DNA of 49,153 nt, taken from Candidatus Avigastranaerophilus sp. (GTDB lineage: Bacteria; Muiribacteriota; Ozemobacteria; Ozemobacterales; Ozemobacteraceae). Under the pieces are notes generated by a model. The model ran no database searches and was not told the origin of the DNA. It saw only the letters and a list, made by a program, of their open reading frames with translations. The position numbers and the translations under genes are program-made. Shown piece by piece: positions 42,722 to 49,153 of the stretch. The first letter of the stretch is position 1. Each line of letters opens with the position of its first letter. Location of the stretch: assembly GCA_045639725.1 (NCBI GenBank), contig JAZUDR010000239.1, positions 1 to 49,153 of the forward strand, in the 5' to 3' direction.

Positions 42722-43312
42722 TTGAACGAACTTGTTGAAAAAATAAAGTATGCTTTATGCCTGCTTGGCGTATTTTTGATTACTGCTGGGATATATTCAT
42801 ATGTTAAATATAATGAAAAACCAGTTAAATTTGAAACCTTAAAGGTAAGTGAAATTAAAAACGGCATGATGGTTGAAGGACAGGTAAACCTCAACTTTGG
42901 TATCTATGAAGAAAAAGCAAGTAGCCGTTATGGTATTATTACTTCAAAAAAATATTATTACATTATTCCTATAGAAGATAAATATATGGGTATTTCAGTA
43001 GATGCTAATTCTAAAAGATACCCAATTTTTACTGCCCAGACCAAGAAGACCTATGAACATATTAAAAATAACGGTGCTCAACCAACTCCAATACGCATAA
43101 AGGGCACTATTCAAGCTATGAAGACGAAAGAAGTTGGATTTTTGGGAGAAGCAATTACTAAAATTAAGCTTACCGAAGAAGACGCCGGTAAAGTTATTGT
43201 TCCTTATTATATTGTTTGTGATGCATTCTCTGACTATTTAACAAAATTTATTATCGGTGTTATTTGCTTGATTCTAGGTATTGTTTTGGTTATAAAGACC
43301 AGGAACTCTTAA
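42722..43312 (+). CDS. Bitopic membrane protein, unknown function (TTG start)
   Basis: TM helices lie at both ends (ALCLLGVFLITAGIYSY and FIIGVICLILGIVLVI). There is no in-frame ATG near the start, so the start is uncertain. Confidence 0.45.
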   Translation: MNELVEKIKYALCLLGVFLITAGIYSYVKYNEKPVKFETLKVSEIKNGMMVEGQVNLNFGIYEEKASSRYGIITSKKYYYIIPIEDKYMGISVDANSKRYPIFTAQTKKTYEHIKNNGAQPTPIRIKGTIQAMKTKEVGFLGEAITKIKLTEEDAGKVIVPYYIVCDAFSDYLTKFIIGVICLILGIVLVIKTRNS

Positions 43313-43313
43313 T

Positions 43314-44027
43314 ATGAAGAATAAAAAGATAGAGTCTGCTGTTCAGCAGAAGCTATTTGAACTTCAGGACCTTAAATATCGTAGTTTTCATGCAAAGCTG
43401 ATGCCTACTGTCAGCTTTGATCGAATCATTGGAATAAGAGTTCCTGTATTGCGTAAATTTGCTAAAGAATTTGCAAAGACCGAAGACGCAAAAGAGTATT
43501 TAAATATACTTCCACATAAATATTACGAAGAATACAATCTTCACGGTTTTGTCATTGAAAGCTGCAAGGATTTTGATGAGACAATAAGATTGCTTGATGA
43601 ATTTCTTCCCTACGTTGATAATTGGGCTACATGCGATAGCGTTTCTCCAAAAGTTTTGAAAAAGAATCTGCCGGCTTTGCAGAATAAAATCGTGGAATGG
43701 ATGGCTTCTAAGCATTGCTGGACCGTTCGCTACGGTATCGAAATGCTGATGAATTTCTTTTTGGATGAGCACTTTGATAAGGCTTTCCCCAAAATGGTGG
43801 CCAAGATAAAATCTGACGAATACTATGTGAAGATGATGGTGGCATGGTATTTTGCAACCGCTTTGGCTAAGCAGCCGGATGCAATAATGCCATATTTCGA
43901 AAATAAAATACTGGAGCCATGGACACACAATAAGGCAATTCAGAAATGCATTGAGAGCTTCCGAATATCTGATGAAACTAAAAAATACCTGAAAACTTTG
44001 AAGTATGATAAAAGCATGGCGAAGTAA
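43314..44027 (+). CDS. DNA alkylation repair protein (AlkD-like HEAT-repeat family)
   Basis: FHAKLMPTVSFDRIIGIRVPVLRKFAKEF...YEEYNLHGFVI...DNWATCDS matches the DNA_alkylation family pattern as I remember it. Confidence 0.7.
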   Translation: MKNKKIESAVQQKLFELQDLKYRSFHAKLMPTVSFDRIIGIRVPVLRKFAKEFAKTEDAKEYLNILPHKYYEEYNLHGFVIESCKDFDETIRLLDEFLPYVDNWATCDSVSPKVLKKNLPALQNKIVEWMASKHCWTVRYGIEMLMNFFLDEHFDKAFPKMVAKIKSDEYYVKMMVAWYFATALAKQPDAIMPYFENKILEPWTHNKAIQKCIESFRISDETKKYLKTLKYDKSMAK

Positions 44028-44042
44028 ACTAGGAAAACTAAC

Positions 44043-45074
44043 ATGAATAATCTGTTAGATAAATTAGCTACCGAGCATAGTCTTGATTTGAATGAATATG
44101 AGCAGCTTGTAAAGAGTTTTTGCCCGGAGTTGGCCGACTGTGCTTCGCAAAAAGCTGTAGACCAAAGAAAGCTTTGCTATGGTAATTCAGTATTTATACG
44201 TGGATTGATAGAAATCAGCAATATCTGCAAAAATGACTGCTTATACTGCGGCATTAGGCGTAGTAATAAAACCTGCGAACGTTACAGACTAACTTCTGAG
44301 GAAATTCTAGAATGTTGCAAAAACGGCTATGAGCTTGGTTTCAGAACCTTTGTTCTACAGGGTGGCGAGGATTCGTATTTTAGCAATGAAATTCTATGTC
44401 AGCTAATTACAGAAATAAAGCAGGATTACCCTGATTGTGCAGTAACTTTATCTCTTGGGGAAAGAACCATCGAAAGCTATTCCCTGTTGAAGAATGCTGG
44501 TGCTGACCGCTATCTTTTGCGTCATGAAACTGCTGATAAAGAACACTACCAGAAGCTTCATCCATCTGATATGTCTTTTGATAACCGAATGTTATGTCTT
44601 CAGAATTTGAAGAAGCTCGGGTATCAGACGGGTTGCGGGTTTATGGTTGATTCTCCGTTTCAGACAGCATCAACTATTGCAAAGGATCTGAAATTTATAG
44701 AAGAATTCAGGCCGGCTATGTGCGGGATAGGTCCATTTATACCAGCCGCTAACACTCCATTTGCAGATAAGACAGCCGGCTCTGTTGATTTTACTTGTTA
44801 CCTTCTTTCCATAATAAGATTGATACACCCGTCTATTTTGCTTCCTGCAACGACAGCTCTGGGAACCTTAGATCCACAGGGCAGGGAAAAAGGTATTCTT
44901 GCCGGGGCAAACGTTATTATGCCAAACTTGTCTCCGGCAAAGTCTCGTGGTAAATATGAAATATACAATGGAAAAGTATATAATAATGATTTGGCCGATG
45001 ATTTAGAACAACTGAAAGCAAATATGAGGGCTATTGGCTATGAAATAGTAAATGGCCGTGGAGATGCTGTTTAG
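44043..45074 (+). CDS. hydE: [FeFe]-hydrogenase H-cluster maturase HydE (radical SAM)
   Basis: CKNDCLYCGIRRSN is the CxxxCxxC motif. The BioB-like 343-aa length and clustering with hydG/hydF support the call. Confidence 0.8.
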   Translation: MNNLLDKLATEHSLDLNEYEQLVKSFCPELADCASQKAVDQRKLCYGNSVFIRGLIEISNICKNDCLYCGIRRSNKTCERYRLTSEEILECCKNGYELGFRTFVLQGGEDSYFSNEILCQLITEIKQDYPDCAVTLSLGERTIESYSLLKNAGADRYLLRHETADKEHYQKLHPSDMSFDNRMLCLQNLKKLGYQTGCGFMVDSPFQTASTIAKDLKFIEEFRPAMCGIGPFIPAANTPFADKTAGSVDFTCYLLSIIRLIHPSILLPATTALGTLDPQGREKGILAGANVIMPNLSPAKSRGKYEIYNGKVYNNDLADDLEQLKANMRAIGYEIVNGRGDAV

Positions 45075-45114
45075 CTGTGTTAAAGAAAGCAGATAATGGA
45101 GAAAGCAGATTATT

Positions 45115-46791
45115 ATGAGTCTTATCAGAAAAACTTTTGAAGGCAATGCCACTGGGATTTCAGAGGCTTGCAACTTTGCGAAAGAAACGCTGAGCAGCTA
45201 CAAAATTAATAAAAAGGCAATTGTCAGAGCTGATTTAAGTCTTGAAGAATCTGCTTTGAAACTGATTGAATCTGCTAAAAAAGAAGTTAAGATAGAGGTT
45301 GCTGTTAGAAAGACCTTTTTCGAATATAGACTTGAATTATCTGTTCCCGGTGAAGAAATTAGCTTTTATGACAGTTCTCTGATTGGCGAAAGCAATAAAT
45401 CTGAATTAGACCAATATACAGAATCGGCTCTACGAAATGTTCTTATCGGTGCTTTGGGCGATACATTGAGCTACATGCATAAAGACGGCTATAATAAGGT
45501 TCAGATTAAGGTTCAGAAGATTGAACGTTCACTGCTGTTTGCTGCTGTTATGGCTATGATATTAGCCCTTATAACAGGATTATTGTTTAAGAATCTAGCA
45601 TCTCATGAAATACAGCAGATGGTTTGTGATAATGCCTTGAGTCCATTAACAACAATGTTTATGAATGCTTTAAAGATGCTTGTTGTGCCTGTTGTTTTCT
45701 TTTCTATTATAACCAGTGTGTCGCAATTTTCTAATTTTTCAGAGTTTGGTAAAATAGGTGGTAGGATTATAGGACTTTATGCGATTACAACCATTATTGC
45801 GTCTATTATTGCCATATTGGTTTTTAATCTGATAAATCCAGGCGAATTTGGTTCTTGTAAGCAAACATTTGAAAACACTAATACATCAATCGAGTCAAGC
45901 AGAGTAAAATCTATTGATGATTTTTCAATCATGAAAACTATTGTCAATATTGTTCCTGATAATATTGTTAAACCATATGCCGAGTCTAATACTCTTCAAA
46001 TCATATTTATAGCTGTTTTATTAGGGGCAGCTGTTAGTATGATTGGGGAATACTCTTCTTCTATTAAAAACCTGCTAGACGGGTGTAATTTGTTGTTTAG
46101 TAATGCTACAAAATTGGTAATAAAAACAATGCCAATCGCTATTTTTACCTCTATTACCGATCTTATAATAAAAACCAACTTAGATACCGTATTACAGATA
46201 GGTGGTTATTTCATTGCATTTATTGTTGCTTTAACCATGATGGTATTGTTTTACTCATTCATGCTGGGTTTTATTGTAAAACTCAATATCATTGTTTTTT
46301 TTAAGAAGTTTGCTGATGTAATGATAAAGGCGTTTTCATTTGGTTCCAGCAGTGCATGTATTCCTGATACTATATTGTGTTGCAAGAAGTTAGGGGTTTC
46401 TGAAAAAATATCTGCTTTCTCTATTCCGATGGGTTCAACTATCAATATGAATGGAACCTGTATTCATTTGGTTTTGGCTACTCTTTTCTTAGGAAAGCTA
46501 TGTGGCTTTACATTCGTTAGCAGTAATTATGTAATAATTGTATTTTCTGCGTTAATTATGTCTATCGGTTGTCCTGCTATTCCTGGAGCCTCTCTTGTAT
46601 GTCTTTCTGTTATGATGATGCAGTTTGGTATTCCTACTGGTGCTATTGCCTTATTTATGGGTATAGATTCTGTTCTTAATATGTTCAGAACGCTTTTTAA
46701 TGTTATAGGTGATGCTGTATCCACAATTATAGTAGCCAAACGTGAAAAACTTCTGGACGAAGATATTTATTATTCTGATAGTGCTGAATAA
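45115..46791 (+). CDS. Dicarboxylate/amino acid:cation symporter (DAACS/SDF family) with ~140-aa N-terminal cytoplasmic extension
   Basis: Polytopic core with PMGSTINMNGT and FNVIGDAVST blocks typical of GltP/SstT-type carriers. The first ~140 aa are soluble and of unrecognised family. Confidence 0.75.
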   Translation: MSLIRKTFEGNATGISEACNFAKETLSSYKINKKAIVRADLSLEESALKLIESAKKEVKIEVAVRKTFFEYRLELSVPGEEISFYDSSLIGESNKSELDQYTESALRNVLIGALGDTLSYMHKDGYNKVQIKVQKIERSLLFAAVMAMILALITGLLFKNLASHEIQQMVCDNALSPLTTMFMNALKMLVVPVVFFSIITSVSQFSNFSEFGKIGGRIIGLYAITTIIASIIAILVFNLINPGEFGSCKQTFENTNTSIESSRVKSIDDFSIMKTIVNIVPDNIVKPYAESNTLQIIFIAVLLGAAVSMIGEYSSSIKNLLDGCNLLFSNATKLVIKTMPIAIFTSITDLIIKTNLDTVLQIGGYFIAFIVALTMMVLFYSFMLGFIVKLNIIVFFKKFADVMIKAFSFGSSSACIPDTILCCKKLGVSEKISAFSIPMGSTINMNGTCIHLVLATLFLGKLCGFTFVSSNYVIIVFSALIMSIGCPAIPGASLVCLSVMMMQFGIPTGAIALFMGIDSVLNMFRTLFNVIGDAVSTIIVAKREKLLDEDIYYSDSAE

Positions 46792-46986
46792 CTTAGATAG
46801 TGCTATTTCATATCAATTCTAGCCGAAAATAGCATCAAGTTTATATCATACGGTTTCTAGTCATATGGTTCTATTCATATGTTTTGGAAATTAAGTTTAC
46901 AAAGAAACTCGCAAGTGATATAATTCACAAAGTAGTAAATTAAATCTAACGGGAAAGTAACTACTGACCCAGAAGAGGTAAATAAT

Positions 46987-48444
46987 ATGGCTATTTTTGC
47001 CCCAAAATCTTTGCGCGCTGAAGAATTTATCAACGACGAAGAAATCAAGGCTACTCTTGCTTATGCAGAGGCCAACAAAAACAACGTTGAGCTTATCAAT
47101 GAGATACTTGAAAAAGCTCGCCCACAGAAAACAGCAACAGGCCACGTATGTGCTGGTCTTACTCATCGTGAAGCCTCTGTTTTACTAGCCTGTGAAATTC
47201 CTGAAGTAATTGAAAAGATTTATAAGATTGCAGAAGAAATCAAGCTTGCTTTCTATGGCAACCGAATTGTAATCTTTGCCCCTCTGTATCTTTCTAATTA
47301 CTGTGTAAATGGTTGTGTTTACTGTCCGTATCATTTCAAGAACAAGCATATTTGCAGAAAGAAACTTACTCAGGAAGAAGTAAAGGCTGAAGTAATCGCC
47401 CTTCAGGATATGGGCCACAAACGCCTAGCTATTGAATCCGGTGAAGACCCTGTTAATAATCCGATTGAATACATTCTTGACTGTATTAAGACAATTTACA
47501 GTGTTCATCATAAGAATGGCGATATCCGCAGAGTTAATGTAAATATTGCCGCTACAACTGTTGAAAACTATCGTAAACTCAAGGAAGCTGGCATTGGCAC
47601 TTATATTCTTTTCCAGGAAACCTATCATAAGGAAAGCTACGAAAAGCTTCACCCAACGGGACCAAAGCACAACTATGCATACCATACTGAAGCAATGGAC
47701 CGTGCAATGGAAGGTGGCATCGACGATGTTGGATTAGGAGTTCTATTCGGTCTTGAACTTTATAAATACGAATTTGTAGGTTTGCTGATGCATGCCGAAC
47801 ATCTTGAAGCTGTTCATGGCGTAGGTCCGCACACTATAAGTGTTCCACGCATCAAACATGCTGATGATATTGATCCGAATGCTTTTGATAACTCAATCTC
47901 CGATGAAATATTTGCGAAGATTACAGCCTGTATCAGACTTGCCGTTCCTTATACCGGAATGATTATTTCTACCCGTGAAACCGAACAGGTTCGCTCAAAG
48001 CTTCTGAGATTGGGTGTTTCTCAGGTCAGCGGTGGCTCCAGAACCTCAGTTGGAGGTTATGCAGGCTATTCTGCTGAAGAACGACCTCATGATACGGAAC
48101 AGTTTGACGTTTCTGACCAGCGTTCTCTTGATGAAGTTGTTCGTTGGTTGATGGAAAACGGTCATATTCCTTCTTTCTGCACAGCCTGCTATAGAGAAGG
48201 CAGAACTGGTGACAGATTCATGAGTCTTTGCAAGAGCGGCCAGATATTGAATTGCTGCCACCCGAATGCTTTAATGACACTTTCCGAATATCTTGAAGAC
48301 TATGCTTCAGAAAAAACAAAAGAAGTAGGTTACAAGATGGTTGAAGAAGAATTGAAGAAGATTCCTCATGCAAAGGTTAGAGGAATTGCTACTGATAATA
48401 TTCAGGCAATCAGAAACTCTAATCGCAGAGATTTCAGATTCTAA
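46987..48444 (+). CDS. hydG: [FeFe]-hydrogenase maturase HydG (tyrosine lyase, radical SAM)
   Basis: The N-terminal radical SAM motif is CVNGCVYCPY. The C-terminal auxiliary-cluster motif is CTACYREGRTGDRFMSLCKSGQILNCCHPN. Confidence 0.9.
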   Translation: MAIFAPKSLRAEEFINDEEIKATLAYAEANKNNVELINEILEKARPQKTATGHVCAGLTHREASVLLACEIPEVIEKIYKIAEEIKLAFYGNRIVIFAPLYLSNYCVNGCVYCPYHFKNKHICRKKLTQEEVKAEVIALQDMGHKRLAIESGEDPVNNPIEYILDCIKTIYSVHHKNGDIRRVNVNIAATTVENYRKLKEAGIGTYILFQETYHKESYEKLHPTGPKHNYAYHTEAMDRAMEGGIDDVGLGVLFGLELYKYEFVGLLMHAEHLEAVHGVGPHTISVPRIKHADDIDPNAFDNSISDEIFAKITACIRLAVPYTGMIISTRETEQVRSKLLRLGVSQVSGGSRTSVGGYAGYSAEERPHDTEQFDVSDQRSLDEVVRWLMENGHIPSFCTACYREGRTGDRFMSLCKSGQILNCCHPNALMTLSEYLEDYASEKTKEVGYKMVEEELKKIPHAKVRGIATDNIQAIRNSNRRDFRF

Positions 48445-48456
48445 GGAGCTTTCCAA

Positions 48457-49153
48457 ATGGGTTTAAATGAATTAGCCAGTGGCGAACGTATTCATATAGC
48501 CTTTTTTGGAATGCGGAACGCAGGTAAATCCAGTGTCGTAAATGCATTAACCGGATTGGATTTATCTGTTGTCTCCGATGTGAAAGGGACTACCACAGAC
48601 CCTGTTAAGCGTTCGATGGAACTGCTTCCTCTTGGGCCTGTGGTAATCATCGATACTCCCGGTCTTGACGATGAAGGGGAACTTGGGTTGAAGCGTGTCG
48701 AAAAGACAAAACAGATTGTTGCTCAGACCGATATTGCTGTCTTAGTAGTAGACGCAACTATTGGCTTGAGCGATTTCGATAAGGATTTGCTTTCAAGCTT
48801 TGAAGCCCGTAAGCTTCCATGTGTGATAGCTTATAACAAAACTGATCTTCTGCCTGAGATTCCAACTATAGTTGCAAATGGAACAACACCTGCTGTATAT
48901 GTCAGTTCAAAGACTTTATCTGGAATAAATTCTTTGAAAGAAGCTCTTGGTTCTTTTGCAGGCGCTCTAAAAAAAGAAAAATACTTGGTTGCTGACCTGG
49001 TAAAACCGAAATCAACAGTAATCTTAGTTATTCCTATTGATGAATCTGCACCAAAAGGGCGTATTATCATGCCTCAGCAGATTGCGATAAGGGACTTGCT
49101 GGATTCTCATTGCGTTTCAATATGCTGTCAGGTAGATGAATTGAAGACAGTAT
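48457..49153 (+). CDS. hydF: [FeFe]-hydrogenase maturase GTPase HydF (partial, runs off the window)
   Basis: Not in the ORF track because no stop lies in the window. ATG 48457 gives MGLNELASGERIHIAFFGMRNAGKSSVVNALTG (G1). DTPGLDD (G3) and YNKTDL (G4) follow. Confidence 0.85.
   Translation, partial: MGLNELASGERIHIAFFGMRNAGKSSVVNALTGLDLSVVSDVKGTTTDPVKRSMELLPLGPVVIIDTPGLDDEGELGLKRVEKTKQIVAQTDIAVLVVDATIGLSDFDKDLLSSFEARKLPCVIAYNKTDLLPEIPTIVANGTTPAVYVSSKTLSGINSLKEALGSFAGALKKEKYLVADLVKPKSTVILVIPIDESAPKGRIIMPQQIAIRDLLDSHCVSICCQVDELKTV

Noticed and set aside
46792-46986. Repeated tcatat/catatg words upstream of hydG, considered as a possible regulator binding site or riboswitch.
   Set aside because: The words are short and AT-rich with no consistent spacing or symmetry, so they are not distinguishable from background.

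Overview
This is a 49.2-kb chromosomal segment from an AT-leaning, anaerobic, Gram-negative-type bacterium. The lifestyle call rests on HydE/G/F maturases, ferredoxin-oxidoreductase-like genes, Hfq and prepilin-type proteins. I cannot assign a phylum from sequence alone. All calls come from reading translations and motifs by eye; no database searches were run.

About 45 protein genes are tightly packed. I found no rRNA, tRNA, CRISPR array, transposase or integrase.

Gene order:
- Left end: a partial DUF4143-type AAA+ ATPase, then a divergent 3-subunit 2-oxoacid:ferredoxin-oxidoreductase-like operon, rsfS, rsmE and a secreted repeat protein.
- Next: a 1002-aa acyl-AMP ligase-carrier protein-HMG-CoA-reductase fusion, an MtaB-like methylthiotransferase and an M20 hydrolase.
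- A long co-directional minus-strand array follows: membrane protein, LivK-like binding protein, Reg_prop beta-propeller, ligA, a DUF2225-like zinc-ribbon protein, a TM/helical protein, a LeuRS-C-terminal-like protein, comEA-like, comEC and a DUF218 protein.
- Then three prepilin-type genes, hfq, a TPR/acidic protein and a 1043-aa tubulin/FtsZ-like GTPase, followed by a BMP-family binding protein and a glycine-zipper protein.
- An AT-rich accessory islet holds a Y-family polymerase with a coupled small ORF, a divergent XRE repressor and ImmA/IrrE-type metalloprotease, YoeB/YefM and an LRR protein.
- Right end: asnS, a membrane protein, an AlkD-like protein and hydE, a DAACS symporter, hydG and partial hydF.

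Most noteworthy observations:
1. The giant tubulin-like GTPase and its TPR neighbour.
2. The A-T-HMGR fusion, a predicted carboxylate-to-alcohol reductase.
3. A LexA-independent-looking XRE/ImmA module. Three perfect GAAGTT-N-AACTTC palindromes sit in the promoter region of a translesion polymerase.
4. A dispersed intergenic repeat family in inverted copies near both ends of the window.
5. An oxidoreductase operon whose cofactor motifs look degenerate.
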